A stretch of 64,000 nucleotides of DNA, from NCBI GenBank assembly GCA_965203555.1, contig CBDBCY010000004.1, forward strand, positions 32,001 to 96,000, read 5' to 3'. Below are positions 27,964-39,600 of this stretch, piece after piece. Within the stretch, counting starts at the first letter, position 1, and every line of letters begins with the position of its first letter. The translations under genes were made by a program, and so were the position numbers. The stretch is from Acidimicrobiia bacterium. Its GTDB lineage: Bacteria; Actinomycetota; Acidimicrobiia; Spongiisociales; ZC4RG35. The notes below the pieces were generated by a model. It did no database searches and was not told the origin of the DNA. It saw only the letters and a list, made by a program, of their open reading frames with translations.

Positions 27964-30588
27964 ATGGACAGCAGCCAGGTCCGCCGGACTTTTCTAGATT
28001 TTTTTGCCGAACGCGGTCACACCGTGCGCCCGTCGGCCTCTCTGATCCCGGTCGACCCCACCCTGTTGGTGACCAACGCCGGAATGGTTCCCTTCAAGCC
28101 CTACTTTCTGGGCGAGGAGACGCCTCCCTACCGACGGGCGACCAGTGTCCAAAAGTGCGTTCGCACCATCGACATCGACATAATCGGCACCACCGCCCGC
28201 CACACCTCGTTCTTCGAGATGATGGGAAACTTCAGTTTCGGCGACTATTTCAAGCGTGACGCCATCCGCTGGTCCTACCAACTGGTCACCGAGGGCTACG
28301 GACTCGAACCGGACCGTCTGTGGTTCACCGTCTACGAAACCGACGACGAGGCTGCCGAACTGTGGGTTTCCGAGGTGGGGGTGCCCCCCGACCGGGTGCA
28401 GCGCGGGGGCAGGGACAACTTCTGGCAGATGGGAGTGCCGGGGCCTTGCGGTCCGTGTTCCGAGATCTTCTATGACCGCGGTCCCGAATTCGGAGAGCAA
28501 GGAGGGCCGATCGGTGGGGGAGAAAGCCGCTACGTGGAATTGTGGAACCTGGTGTTCATGCAGAACATCCAGAACCGGCCCTTCGAGGTGGTGGGGGATC
28601 TTCCCCAAAAAGGGGTGGACACCGGCATGGGCCTGGAACGGACGGCCATGATCCTCCAGGGGGTGTCCAGCGCTTTCGAAACCGATGTGATGCGCCCGGT
28701 GCTCGAGGCCGGTTCTTCCATTTGCGAGGTCCCCTACGGACAGAGCCCCGTCTCCGATGTCTCCCTTCGGATACTTGCCGATCACGGTCGGGCCATGACC
28801 GTGTTGATCTCCGACGGTGTGGTCCCGTCCAACGAGGGGCGGGGTTATGTTCTGCGTCGCCTGATCCGCCGGGCGGTGAGACATGGATGGCTGCTCGGCT
28901 ATGAGGGACTGCTCATGCCCAGGCTGGCTTCCGCCACGGTTGCCGCGCTTGGCGATACTTATCCCGAGGTGATCGATCAGTACGACCTGGTCCTGAAGGT
29001 GGTCTCCCAGGAGGAGTACCGGTTCCTGCGCACCCTCGAGTCGGGCCATTCCATTCTTGCCGGGGAGATGGCCAGTCTCGATGAAGGGGAGAGCCTCTCC
29101 GGAGAGGTGGCGTTCCGACTCCACGACACGTACGGGTTCCCCTTTGAACTGATCATGGAGATCTCCGAGGAAAAGCGGGTCGGGGTGGACAAGGGTGGCT
29201 TCGACCGCTTGATGGAGCAGCAGCGGGAACGGGCCAGAAAAGCGTGGAAGGGGGGCCAGGAGTCGGCGGCGGCCGATCTTTACCGGGGACTGCTCGACGA
29301 CATTGGAACGTGTGATTTCATCGGCTACGAGCACGAGGAGGGAAGGGCCCGGGTACTGGCCATCCTCCGGGAAGGCGAGCAGGTGTCCACGGCCCGGCGC
29401 GGAGAAGAGGTGGAGGTATTCCTGGACGCCACCCCGTTCTACGCCGAGGCGGGGGGCCAGGTGGGAGACAGCGGGATCATGGTCAGCGACACGGGAGAGC
29501 TGGAAATATCCGACACTCGCCATCCCGTCGCGGGTCTCTCCGGGCATCTCGCCCGCGTGACGAGAGGTTGGGTGGGGACCGGACAGACCGTGCGGGCGGA
29601 GATCGACCCTCATCGAAGGGAAGGTATCCGCAAGAGCCACACCGCTACCCACATCCTCCATTGGGCGCTTCGAGAGGGTCTCGGAGATCACGTCCGACAG
29701 GCCGGGTCGCTGGTCACCGACGGACGGCTGAGATTCGACTTTTCTCACTATTCGGGTCTGGAGCATCAGGAGTTGTTCGAGATAGACCAACTGGCCAATC
29801 AAAAGGTGATCGGCAACAGCGACATCAACACCACAGTCATGCACATCGACGACGCCCGCTCCTCGGGCGCGTTGGCTTTTTTCGGTGACAAGTACGGAGA
29901 GCAGGTGAGGGTGGTCCAGGTAGGCGACTTTTCCCGCGAGTTGTGCGGTGGTACTCATGTGCCGTCCGCCGGTCAGACCGGACCGGTGGTGGTGCTGGGC
30001 GAGTCCTCGATCGGCGCCAATCTGCGAAGGGTGGAGGCTGTCACCGGCCAGACCGCCTATGACCACCTGCTCCAGGTACGGGACACCTTGGATCGCACGG
30101 GAAGGAAACTGACCGTCCCGTGGACCGCAGTCCCCGAGCGGATCGAGTCACTGTTGGCCCGGGTGAGTGAACTGGAGGACGAGTTGGAGGAGATGCGGTC
30201 CGCCCGAAGAGGGGACCTGGCCGAAGAGCTGGCCGGGAGCGCCAGAGCCTGTAACGACTTCAAACTGGTGGTCTCCGCGCAGGAGGGACTTGACGTCAAA
30301 CAGTTGCGGCAACTGGTCCTGGGAGTCAGGGATCGGATCGCCCCCGGGGTGGTGATCGTCGGATCGGTCGCCAACGGCAAGGGCGCCGTGGTGGGGGCGG
30401 TCAGTCGGGCGCTGATCCGACACGGTATGTCGGCCGCAGATGTGGTGGGTTCGGCCGCCCGGGTGATGGGCGGCGGAAGTTCCCGTGATCCGGAGCTGGC
30501 ACAGGGGGGAGGTCCCAGGGGACATCTGTTGGATGAGGCGCTCGAGAAAGCCGGTACGATAGCCACCCGGGCCCTGTCGGAGGTCTGA
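27964..30588 (+). CDS. alaS: Alanine--tRNA ligase
   Basis: DPTLL.TNAGM, FFEMMGNFSFGDYFK, DTGMGLER, HTATH, ELCGGTH. Confidence 0.98.
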   Translation: MDSSQVRRTFLDFFAERGHTVRPSASLIPVDPTLLVTNAGMVPFKPYFLGEETPPYRRATSVQKCVRTIDIDIIGTTARHTSFFEMMGNFSFGDYFKRDAIRWSYQLVTEGYGLEPDRLWFTVYETDDEAAELWVSEVGVPPDRVQRGGRDNFWQMGVPGPCGPCSEIFYDRGPEFGEQGGPIGGGESRYVELWNLVFMQNIQNRPFEVVGDLPQKGVDTGMGLERTAMILQGVSSAFETDVMRPVLEAGSSICEVPYGQSPVSDVSLRILADHGRAMTVLISDGVVPSNEGRGYVLRRLIRRAVRHGWLLGYEGLLMPRLASATVAALGDTYPEVIDQYDLVLKVVSQEEYRFLRTLESGHSILAGEMASLDEGESLSGEVAFRLHDTYGFPFELIMEISEEKRVGVDKGGFDRLMEQQRERARKAWKGGQESAAADLYRGLLDDIGTCDFIGYEHEEGRARVLAILREGEQVSTARRGEEVEVFLDATPFYAEAGGQVGDSGIMVSDTGELEISDTRHPVAGLSGHLARVTRGWVGTGQTVRAEIDPHRREGIRKSHTATHILHWALREGLGDHVRQAGSLVTDGRLRFDFSHYSGLEHQELFEIDQLANQKVIGNSDINTTVMHIDDARSSGALAFFGDKYGEQVRVVQVGDFSRELCGGTHVPSAGQTGPVVVLGESSIGANLRRVEAVTGQTAYDHLLQVRDTLDRTGRKLTVPWTAVPERIESLLARVSELEDELEEMRSARRGDLAEELAGSARACNDFKLVVSAQEGLDVKQLRQLVLGVRDRIAPGVVIVGSVANGKGAVVGAVSRALIRHGMSAADVVGSAARVMGGGSSRDPELAQGGGPRGHLLDEALEKAGTIATRALSEV

Positions 30589-30589
30589 C

Positions 30590-31027
30590 CTGGGACGGGT
30601 TCTGGCCGTGGACCCGGGTGAGAGGAGGGTTGGGGTGGCGCTGTCCGATCCGGCTGGGATCATCGCCCAGCCATGGGCGGTAATAGACCGGGCGGTCTCG
30701 GATGTGGTGGTCGAGGTTAAAAGGATGGTGCAGGACAACCGGGTCGATACCATCGTGGTGGGCCTGCCCGTCAGCCTCTCCGGCCGCGAGGGAGCCTCGG
30801 CCACAGCGGCCCGGGACCTTGCAACCGAGTTGGCGGAGGCCACCGGTGTGGCGGTGGAACTGCATGACGAACGCTATAGCACGGTGGCGGCGGAACAGGT
30901 CATGAGAGAAGGGAAGGCTTCGGCCAAGAAGCGCCGCAACCGCAGGGACAAAGTGGCGGCGGCCATCATTTTGTCCGAGTATCTGATGGGAAGGCCACGG
31001 GCCGACACACCGGGTGGCGGGCCATGA
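30590..31027 (+). CDS. ruvX: YqgF/RuvX family nuclease (start CTG 30590 or GTG 30608)
   Basis: LAVDPG.RRVGVALSD, VVGLP, DERYST, D.VAAA.IL. Confidence 0.93.
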   Translation: MGRVLAVDPGERRVGVALSDPAGIIAQPWAVIDRAVSDVVVEVKRMVQDNRVDTIVVGLPVSLSGREGASATAARDLATELAEATGVAVELHDERYSTVAAEQVMREGKASAKKRRNRRDKVAAAIILSEYLMGRPRADTPGGGP

Positions 31028-32133
31028 CCGCCCCGCCGGATCCCGACCGGTATCCTCGGCCCTCCAGCCCCTGGTCGTTGTTGCGTCTTCTGGTAGTGGC
31101 GGGAATTGTGGTGGTGTCGGCGGTGCTGGTCATCAACCTGGGTTCTCGGATGGGACAGGAAGTGGCCCAGCGGTTGGAAGGACTGGACACCGCCACCACC
31201 CCCACCCTGGTTCCCGGCCTGTTGGTGGAAGTGGACATCCCGTTCGGTTCCTCCGCCACCCGGGTGGCCGAGATCCTCATGGAAGCCGGGGTGATAGCCG
31301 ACTCGGGACTGCTGTTGGCCGCGGTGCAGGACGCCGGGGTGGCGGGATCCATCCAAGCCGGCGTCTATCAGTTGACGACCGGCGTCTCCATCGAGGAGTT
31401 GCTGGTGGAGTTGCTGGCCGGTCCGGTGGCCACCACCTACCGGATAACCGTCTTCGCCGGGCAGCGGATCGACGAGATACTCGATATGTTGGCGGAGGCC
31501 TCCCGCATCGAACGGTCACAGTTCGAGGATGCCTTGCTGGATGGGGTGGTGACTTCTTCGTTCCTCGATCAGAGCGGGCCCGCCAGTCTCCGGTCGTGGG
31601 AAGGGCTGCTGTTCCCCGATACCTACGAATTCGACAACGACGCCCAGGCGCCGGAGATCCTGCAGCGGTTGTCGGACACCATGGAGCAGCGGATGTCACT
31701 GGTGGATTGGACTCGAATAGCCCCCCTGGGTTTCACGCCGTACCAGGGGATGGTGATGGCCTCCATCATCGAGTCCGAGGTGCGGTTGGCGGAAGAGCGG
31801 CCCCTGGTGGCGAGCGTGATAATCAATCGCCTCGACGACGGATTGGCGTTGCAGATGGACAGCACCGTCCTGTATGCGCTGGGTACCCGCGACGTGGCCG
31901 AATTCGACCGGGAGATCGATTCTCCCTATAACACCTACCGGCAGAGCAGGCTCCCTCCGACACCCATTTCCGCGCCCAGTTTCGCGTCACTGCAGGCCGC
32001 CGCCGAACCGGCGGTCACCGACTTCCGATATTTCGTGCTCAGTTCCACCGACGGCCGCCACACTTTCTCCGTCACCATCGAGGAGCATCAGGCGGCGATC
32101 GAGCAGTCCCGTGCCGAAGGTGTGCTTCCTTGA
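31024..32133 (+). CDS. mltG: Endolytic transglycosylase MltG
   Basis: N-terminal TM, EGLLFPDTY, ASIIESE, LQMDSTV, SPYNTY. Confidence 0.93.
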   Translation: MTAPPDPDRYPRPSSPWSLLRLLVVAGIVVVSAVLVINLGSRMGQEVAQRLEGLDTATTPTLVPGLLVEVDIPFGSSATRVAEILMEAGVIADSGLLLAAVQDAGVAGSIQAGVYQLTTGVSIEELLVELLAGPVATTYRITVFAGQRIDEILDMLAEASRIERSQFEDALLDGVVTSSFLDQSGPASLRSWEGLLFPDTYEFDNDAQAPEILQRLSDTMEQRMSLVDWTRIAPLGFTPYQGMVMASIIESEVRLAEERPLVASVIINRLDDGLALQMDSTVLYALGTRDVAEFDREIDSPYNTYRQSRLPPTPISAPSFASLQAAAEPAVTDFRYFVLSSTDGRHTFSVTIEEHQAAIEQSRAEGVLP

Positions 32134-32966
32134 CCGGGAGCGAGGCGAGCATCCCCGCGGCGGGCGGTTTTCGGCTGGCGGTGCTGGGAGACCCGGTGGA
32201 GCACTCCCTGTCGCCGGTGATGCACAACGCGGTGCTGGCCGCATTGGGTCTGGAGGGAGAGTACAGTCGGAGACGGGTGGATGAACAGGGGATGACAGAG
32301 GCGGCCTCTCAGATGCGGACCGGACAGTTGCACGGCGCCAATATCACCATGCCGCACAAGGGAGTGGCCGCCCGTCTTGCCGACCGGCTGAGTACCGACG
32401 CCGAGCGGGCCGGTTCGGTCAACACCTGGACCCTGGAGGGCGACGGAAGGTTGACCGGGCACAGCACCGACGTGGAGGGGATCCGGCGGGTGTGGGCCCG
32501 GGCCGGGTTGCCCGAGGACTGCCCGGTGCTGGTGGTCGGGGCGGGGGGAGCGGCCGCGGCGGCGATGGTCGCCCTGCAGGACCGGGAGTTGTGGTGCTCG
32601 GCGCGTCGTCCCGAGGCGGTCTCGGCTTTGGCGGAACGGGTTGATGTACCGTTCCGATCTTTGCGGTGGGGAGCAGGCCTGGCCGGAGCGGTGGTGGTGA
32701 ACGCCACCCCGTTGGGAATGAGGGGTGGGGAATTGTCCGCCGCCTTGTTGGAGGAATCAGTGGGCCTGTTCGACATGGCCTACCGGGCCGATCGGGTGGA
32801 GACGGGAGGGTTTCGAAGTATGAGGGAGCGAGGATTGCCCGCTTCGGACGGTCTGGCAATGCTGGCCGCCCAGGCGGAAGCCTCATTCGAGATGTGGACC
32901 GGGCGTCGCCCGCCCACGGGAGTGATGGAGCAAACGGCCAGAGTGGGAGTGGTCGGCGGCCGATGA
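32130..32966 (+). CDS. aroE: Shikimate dehydrogenase
   Basis: HSLSP.MH, NITMPHK, VNT, GAGGAA, NATP.G. Confidence 0.93.
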   Translation: MTGSEASIPAAGGFRLAVLGDPVEHSLSPVMHNAVLAALGLEGEYSRRRVDEQGMTEAASQMRTGQLHGANITMPHKGVAARLADRLSTDAERAGSVNTWTLEGDGRLTGHSTDVEGIRRVWARAGLPEDCPVLVVGAGGAAAAAMVALQDRELWCSARRPEAVSALAERVDVPFRSLRWGAGLAGAVVVNATPLGMRGGELSAALLEESVGLFDMAYRADRVETGGFRSMRERGLPASDGLAMLAAQAEASFEMWTGRRPPTGVMEQTARVGVVGGR

Positions 32967-33607
32967 TCGGACTGGGAGGGGCTTTTGTGGCGGGGGTGGC
33001 GCTGGGACCGTTCGTGGACGGTTGGGTCACTCGTCAATTGGCCAAAGACGGGTTGGGCAGACCGGACTTGTGGCGCCCGGCCACGCGGTGGATGCTCACC
33101 GCCGTATTGGGGGTGGGATGGGCGGCGACCTGGGTGAAAGTTGGCTGGACGGGGGTGTTGCCGGCACATCTGGTATGGGTGACGATTACCTCGGCCCTGG
33201 TGATGACCGATCTGGAGCACAAACTGATCCCCAATCGGATCCTCTACCCCGGAACGGGAATAACCGCCGCCCTGTTGCTGGCGGGCGCTCTCCTGGACGG
33301 CGTGCCCGATCGGTTGGGGAGCGCGGCCCTCGGAGCGGTCCTGTGCCTGGTGGGGATGGGAGTGCTGTCCGCCGCGGCGAGGGGCGCGATGGGTATGGGG
33401 GATGTCAAGCTGTCGGCGCTGCTCGGCCTGATCTGCGGCTACCGGGGGGTGACCACCACCCTGCAGGCGGTTCTGTTCGGTTTCATAATCGGAGGGGCGG
33501 CGGCCCTGGTCATGATGGTCACCCGCCGCGCCCACCGCCATACGCAACTTCCCTTCGCGCCCGCTCTCGTGGCCGGCGCCTGGTGGTCGTTGCTCGGGCC
33601 ACTTTGA
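32963..33607 (+). CDS. Prepilin peptidase (A24 family)
   Basis: TDLEHKLIPN, MGMGDVKL and LPFAP motifs; hydrophobic. Confidence 0.9.
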   Translation: MIGLGGAFVAGVALGPFVDGWVTRQLAKDGLGRPDLWRPATRWMLTAVLGVGWAATWVKVGWTGVLPAHLVWVTITSALVMTDLEHKLIPNRILYPGTGITAALLLAGALLDGVPDRLGSAALGAVLCLVGMGVLSAAARGAMGMGDVKLSALLGLICGYRGVTTTLQAVLFGFIIGGAAALVMMVTRRAHRHTQLPFAPALVAGAWWSLLGPL

Positions 33608-33673
33608 ACTCGTGAACCGAGGCGGGGGCGGACGGGACGAGCGGCGGGGAGGCGGTATCGGCGGGTCCTCGCC

Positions 33674-36625
33674 TCACAGGATGGGTCCGGCGTCGGGGTC
33701 GAGCGAATCGGAGGGCTGGTCCCGGGGCGGGGCGGAATCGGTGAAGAAGGCGGTCAACTCGTAGGGGCCGGCCAGGTCGTGGCGCACGGAGAAGACCGCG
33801 TTGTGGCCGTTGCGCAGAAGGCATATGTCCACCCTGCCGAGTTGCGCGTCTCCTCCCGGTTGATGGTGATCCACCGGCGGCAGCCAAACCCGCGGTCTCC
33901 AGTCGCGGTCGGTCTTGTCGACCAGCGCCTTCTGGCGAAAATACACCGGGTTGACCTCGGCGTCGAGATCGGGGAGGATCGAGAGCAGGAAGTCCCGGCA
34001 GGCCGGGCCGCCGGTCCTGGCCGGGATCAGGGTGTCGATCTCGCTCAACACCCAATCGGAGCCTTCCGGGTCCTGGATGCGGTCGAGGCGTTCCCGCAGC
34101 GCGGGGTCGTGCTCGCCGGAGCGGAGGGTGGAGAGAAACCTCCAGCGGAGGCTGATGCGGGCGCGTTCGGAGTCGGCCAGGTGGGTGACCACCCGCGGAT
34201 CCTCGTCCGGTCGTCTGCGGTCTGAATACTGGGCGGTCAGACCTCCGGCGTAGTCCTGTTGGAAGGTTCCTATGGCGGCTTTGTGCTGGGAAGATACCCA
34301 TCCTGGAACGGCCATGCGCTGCACCCACTTCTCCCGGGCCGTCTCCAGCCATCCGATGGGCATCCGGTAGATTCCCAGGGCCGCCTTCTGCGCAGAGAAG
34401 GAACGGGACTGTCCCTCCTCGTCCTCGGGGTTGTCCTGGGCGCCGAAGGGGTGCCAGATGATGTCCGCCCAGGCGGCCGCCGAGCCTGTGAACTGCTCAC
34501 GGGCCTCTCTGGCTTCCTCCTCTTTTTCCACCGCCCCGGTGATGTCCTCTTCCAGGCCGGCCAGGGTTCTCAGTTGCGACCTCAACAGGTGTTCGGCATT
34601 TCCGTACCACCAGCCCGCCACCACCAGCACGGCCAGGGCCAGCATCAGCGCCACGCCGGCCGCCACGCTCAGTCTGAGGGTTCGCTCGGAGGCGTCGACG
34701 TCGCCGTACCAGCCGTGTTGGCGCGCCAGCAGTCCGATGACGCCTATGGATGCATACACCATCGTGATCAGGATGAAGTGCCGCAGCACCCTGGCGACCA
34801 TCGGAGTGGAGCGGAGCGTCCAGATCAGCCCCACCTGCAGGGCGAACAGTCCCAGGGCGGCGCCGAATCCCAGCGCATCATAGGGGTTGATATCCGAACT
34901 GACCGCGTAGGCGAGGGCAGCGGTTGCCGCTACCCCGACGGTCACCGCGGCCAATCTCCTCAACGATCTCTTCAGGTCGCGGCGCCCCTGGGTTTGTCGT
35001 TCTCGGTTTTGGTATTCGCTGTGAGCGGAGACGGTGGAGGCGACTATCGCGACCACCATCAGCCCGGTGAGGCATATCCAGACAAAGGTGCGCTGGGCGC
35101 CGGTCATGGCCACGATTCCGAGGGCTTCCGCCGGTCCGGTGCCCAGGATGAGGCCGACCAGGGCCGCAAGCAGCAGTCCGATGAAGACAACCGAGATCCA
35201 GGCCAGGTCGGGCAGGCGGCGGCGACCCAGTTGGGCGAACTCGTCGTCGAACTCGCCGACCGCGGCGCGCAGGGACTGCCCGTTGGCGTCGATGATCTTC
35301 GAGAGCGCCGTTCCGATCCGTCCGAACAGGGTGGTGGTGTCCTGGCGAATCCGGTCCGGAAGGGACGGGGAGTTTTCGCTTTCGTCGTTGCGTGATCGGT
35401 CCGGGCAGGGAAAGAGTACTCCCAGGTCGGTGATGAGAGCGTGCCGGGTGTGGGAGCGGGGAGGCGAGATCACTTCCGGCACCGGGCCGCCGTCCACCAT
35501 TCCCAGGACCGCGTCTCCCATGTCCCGCCAGATCTGTTGGGGAATCCGGGCGCCTCCGGCAACCTGGAATCGATTGCGGGCGGCGGCCGCGGACTGTTCG
35601 GCGGGGGAGGGTTCGGATTCGGGTTCGCCGGCGACGGCTCGGCACACCGCCGCGGTCGTAGATGAGTCTCCCATCTCCCGGCGGACGATCTTTTCCACCG
35701 GATCGCGGGAGGAACCGAACAACCACTCGGGCAGTCTGCCCATGAAACTGGTGATTCCTCTGCCCAAACGCAGGAAAATGAACCGCCACCCTCGGATGGT
35801 CGCCGAATCCGGGGAGCGGAATTCGAATGCATCCCGCAACCGGCGCTCGAATTGCTCGGCCACATCAATCATTGCCGGTTCGGGATAGGGCGCCTCGACC
35901 AGGCCTTCGGGAGCGGGCAGATAGCCCCGGTGATTGAAGGAGGTGGCGAACTGGGGCGAATCGACCTGCGCCACCCGGACGAAGGAACGGGCCAGATGGA
36001 GTTTGGACTCTCCGAATCCGAGCACGCCGCTTTCGAGATCGTCCACCGGAGATTCGGTCATCCCCGTCCACAGACCCACCAGGGTGGCGGTCTCGGTGGC
36101 GACGTGCTCGACGAAGGTGGGCGAGTCGGGTTGGGCGACCGGAGAAGCGAGGGAGTCGCTGGTGGACCGGTCTTCGGGGATCACCACCAGGTTGGCGTCG
36201 GCGCGGGGAGAAAAGAACCTCGCCAGCGCCGGTTCGTCTCTTCGGATCGGATCGGCGCGAAGGGGAAGCCACATTCTCACCTGCACCACCCGCAGCCCCG
36301 GCGGGGCCAGTTCGTTCAGTTGGGAGCAGACATCCTGAGCCAGCACTCCGAGTTCGTCGGCATTCTCCAGATCGGGCCCGGCCATGGCCACCACCCGGAT
36401 TGTCCGGTATTCACGCCGGCCCAGTGTTTCCAGCAGGTCCACCTCTCTGCGGCCCGACGGGTCGGACAGCCGGCCCTTCCCGCGGCCCGACGGGTCGGAC
36501 AGCAGAGCCGAATCGGTGGCGATGAAGGGCGCCACCAGGCCCAACGATGCCCGCTGGCTGAGCAGGTCGAGCGCTTCGTCGAGCGAGTCGGCGCCGGTGA
36601 TCAGCACTGAGAAGTGAGGTTTCAC
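33674..36625 (-). CDS. Large polytopic membrane protein (~983 aa), last gene of the tubulin-vWA operon
   Basis: GTG start overlaps the upstream TGA; soluble N-domain, several hydrophobic helices, coiled coil, soluble C-domain. Confidence 0.8.
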   Translation of the reverse strand: MKPHFSVLITGADSLDEALDLLSQRASLGLVAPFIATDSALLSDPSGRGKGRLSDPSGRREVDLLETLGRREYRTIRVVAMAGPDLENADELGVLAQDVCSQLNELAPPGLRVVQVRMWLPLRADPIRRDEPALARFFSPRADANLVVIPEDRSTSDSLASPVAQPDSPTFVEHVATETATLVGLWTGMTESPVDDLESGVLGFGESKLHLARSFVRVAQVDSPQFATSFNHRGYLPAPEGLVEAPYPEPAMIDVAEQFERRLRDAFEFRSPDSATIRGWRFIFLRLGRGITSFMGRLPEWLFGSSRDPVEKIVRREMGDSSTTAAVCRAVAGEPESEPSPAEQSAAAARNRFQVAGGARIPQQIWRDMGDAVLGMVDGGPVPEVISPPRSHTRHALITDLGVLFPCPDRSRNDESENSPSLPDRIRQDTTTLFGRIGTALSKIIDANGQSLRAAVGEFDDEFAQLGRRRLPDLAWISVVFIGLLLAALVGLILGTGPAEALGIVAMTGAQRTFVWICLTGLMVVAIVASTVSAHSEYQNRERQTQGRRDLKRSLRRLAAVTVGVAATAALAYAVSSDINPYDALGFGAALGLFALQVGLIWTLRSTPMVARVLRHFILITMVYASIGVIGLLARQHGWYGDVDASERTLRLSVAAGVALMLALAVLVVAGWWYGNAEHLLRSQLRTLAGLEEDITGAVEKEEEAREAREQFTGSAAAWADIIWHPFGAQDNPEDEEGQSRSFSAQKAALGIYRMPIGWLETAREKWVQRMAVPGWVSSQHKAAIGTFQQDYAGGLTAQYSDRRRPDEDPRVVTHLADSERARISLRWRFLSTLRSGEHDPALRERLDRIQDPEGSDWVLSEIDTLIPARTGGPACRDFLLSILPDLDAEVNPVYFRQKALVDKTDRDWRPRVWLPPVDHHQPGGDAQLGRVDICLLRNGHNAVFSVRHDLAGPYELTAFFTDSAPPRDQPSDSLDPDAGPIL

Positions 36626-39600
36626 AGCAAAGTGGGGGGTAGGGTTTTCTGGTCGCTCAGGCAGTCCTTGAGCTGGGTCAGAGACTTGATTATCTGGTCG
36701 TGGAGGCCGAGCCAGGAGTGCTGTGAGGTCTGAGTCTCCAAATCGGTCTCGTACAGACCGTGATAGGCCCGCGCCGTCTCGTCCAGCAATCGGGTGGCCT
36801 CGTCCACTCCGGCTACTCTGGCGCTGCGGCCGGCGACGGTCTTCCCGGTGCGCAGCCACTCGGAGAGCATCTGGCTGGGGCGCCGGTACTGGGACAGGCT
36901 GTGCCCGGCCGTGCCCGGCTCTCTTCCCCATTCCACCAACTGCTGGTAGGGCCCCAGGTAGCTGCCGAAGTCTCTCCAGGTGGCGGCTATGGGCAGAGCT
37001 ATCGCCAGACCTTCGATGAGTTCGGCCAGCACGTCCGGGGACCGCCCTCCGCCCACTCCCAGCAGGTCGGGCAATTTCAGGACGCCCCGGTGGGAGTGGA
37101 GCAGTATCGGTCGGCTCTCGGTGTCGATCGTTCCCAGCAGCCGCCCGGTGAACCAACCCCGCAGCATCGCCAGCAGAGTGGGGGCGGGAAGGGGCGCCGC
37201 CACCTGCAGCGGGCGGGTACGACGCCACTTCCAAAAGTTCTGGATCATGCCGTTGTCTCTCGCCCATCTGTATTTGTCGGCGATGGGACTCATCAGCGAA
37301 TCGAACACGATCGGATGCAGGGCGCTGTTCAAAGAGCAATAGACGGGGATCTTGTTGAGCTTCTCGTCCTGGGAGAGGCAGCGGACGGCGGTGTCCCGGT
37401 CCCGGTCGAACCTGGCGGTGAGAAACTCCGTCACCTGGTCTTCCAGGGCCAGACCTCGTATCGGTATTTTCCCCGGCACCGGACGGATGGCCATCTCCGT
37501 GGCCGGGTGGACCCTGGCCAGGATGCTCTCATCCACCGACGCCAGCGGTTCGGCCGCCTCGAACGCCGCCTCCAGCTGGTGGCGAAAGCGGTCCCCCCGC
37601 CTGGCGAGTTCGGTTTGAGATACGGTTTTGCTCTCCGACAGGTAGGACCGCAGGCCCTGGGACAGAAAGCCGTCCCAGGCCGAGCCGTCGGTGTGGAGCC
37701 ACTCTCGGGCCCGGGCGAGGATGTCGTCGCGTCCCACGGCTATTCGAAAGGCGGCCGAGTTCCGGGGGCCTTCTCCCAGCACCAGGGTCTCCCGGGTGCG
37801 CCAGCGCTGGGTTTCCTGCAGCCAGCCGGCCGGAGTGGGCGCCTGCGGTTCACCGAGGATTATCGCCCGGCGAACGCTGCTCTGCTGATCCAGGCTTCCG
37901 CCCGCGCCGCTGCCCAGGGTGGCGGCGGTGAGTTCGTCGAAGAGCCGGGGATACTGTTCGAGATCGATCAGGGTCTTGACGCTTTGTCCGGGAATCAGCG
38001 AGTCGGGGACGTTCTGATCAGACTCGGGCTCATGCCGGGGCCAACCGGCCACCGGGGTGCGTTCGTTTTCGATGTCGTCCGCCAGTTTGTCGGCGGCGTC
38101 CTGCAGTTCTCTGCGCAGAGGGGCTAGAAAGTCGCGGTGGAAGTCCTCCACCAGCTGGGAGGCCAGCAGGCGGACGATGCCCTGGTATCTACGGACCACC
38201 CCGGTGTTCAGCGCCGTCGATATGGCCTTGCTGACATCGGGGTGATCGAAGCGGAGGACGCCTCCGCCGGACAGGATCGATCCCACGTCCGAGCGCAGAT
38301 GTTGGGAGAGCTGGTCCTCCCCGTGGCTTTCCTCCTCCAGCTCTTTGGCCACGTCCTCCATCTCCCGCTGGGCGAGATCGAGCAGCCGGGCCGTGACCCG
38401 CGCTCCCCGCTCCGCCACGAAGGTTCCCACCCGGGCGACAATGCGGGGCTGGGCTTTCCTGGCCCATTCCGCCACCGAGTTGCGCAGTTCCGTGTCCCAC
38501 TTCTGCAGGATCCCTCTCCTACGGGCCTTGACCTCCTCGACGATGGAGTAGATCCACTCCTGGGGCTTTTCCTTGTCGCTGCGCTGCCCCAACGCCTCCT
38601 GGATGCTCCGGAACACCGCGCTCAATTCTGCCCTCAGCCGACTTTCGGGAAGGCCGATCGCATCGATGATCTGGTTGTTGTCGGGTCCGCGTTCGTTGAT
38701 TTCACACTGTTCGAGAAACCGGGTGAAGGACTCTTCGGCGAGTTTCTCGATGCGGTCTTCTTCGGAGAGATTGCGGTGCTCGTGCCGCTCGTCCGACAGC
38801 CGGCGATGGCCCGACAGTATCCATTCCACCGCGTCGCGGGTGAGGCGCCGTTCGGCGTACATCTCGAGGCGTTTGGCGCCCAGTTCCACTTCGGCGAATC
38901 CCAGGGCCTGGAAGGCGCCGACGTAGCTGGGGGGTTCCGCCAACAGACTCACCGGATCCGACGGATCGGCCTGTTTGAACTGGCCGGCCGAAGCCTGCCA
39001 GTTGGCCATCATGTAGGTGGCGAAATGGTCCTGGATGGTCGGGTCCGACATCACGGCCGCCAGGCAGCGTCCCATGAACCGGTAGATCTCGATCTGGTCG
39101 CCGAAATTCACCCCGCGGGCGTTGGACTGTCCCACCAGGTAGGGAAAGGCCGGGCCGGACCGCTGCTGGATGGGTCCGCCCCCGGGCGGGTTGAATCCGT
39201 TCCCTCCGAAATATCCGTGAAGAATCTCCGAATAGGCGGCCGCCGAGTTGGGCTGCACACCCTGGGCGGCGGAAAACGACAGTTCGTTGAAGACGTCGGC
39301 CGAATAGAGGATGCCCACCGAGTTGTCCAGCCATCGTTCCCCGTCGCTTCGGAGAACATCGCAGACGTCGATGAGAATCCCCGCCCCGGTTCCTCCCGCC
39401 AGGGAAGAGACCACGATCACGATCGGCGGAGGGGATTCGGCGCCGCCCATCCCTTCATCGATCTTCTCGGTCAATTCGCGCAACTGTGCGGCCGCTCCGG
39501 CGGTCATGATCGCCGCCCGCTTGCGGTTCAGGTGCTGCTTGACCTCGTTGATCTGGTGGAGACCGAGCATCCGACCGATCGATCGGAACTGGCCGGCCCC

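Noticed and set aside
27994-30066. Long antisense ORFs (690 aa opposite alaS, 689 aa opposite the tubulin gene, 563 aa opposite vWA, and others)
   Set aside because: Typical shadow ORFs of high-GC coding strands with no recognisable motifs
36449-36503. 22-nt direct repeat (LSDPSGR twice) in the large membrane protein
   Set aside because: A short in-frame local duplication with no evidence of a separate function
36625-37339. N-terminal extension of the 1221-aa ORF (and the similar extensions of the 1414-aa and 1062-aa ORFs)
   Set aside because: These overlap upstream genes in another frame; the coupled starts at 36625, 39930 and 42812 are better supported
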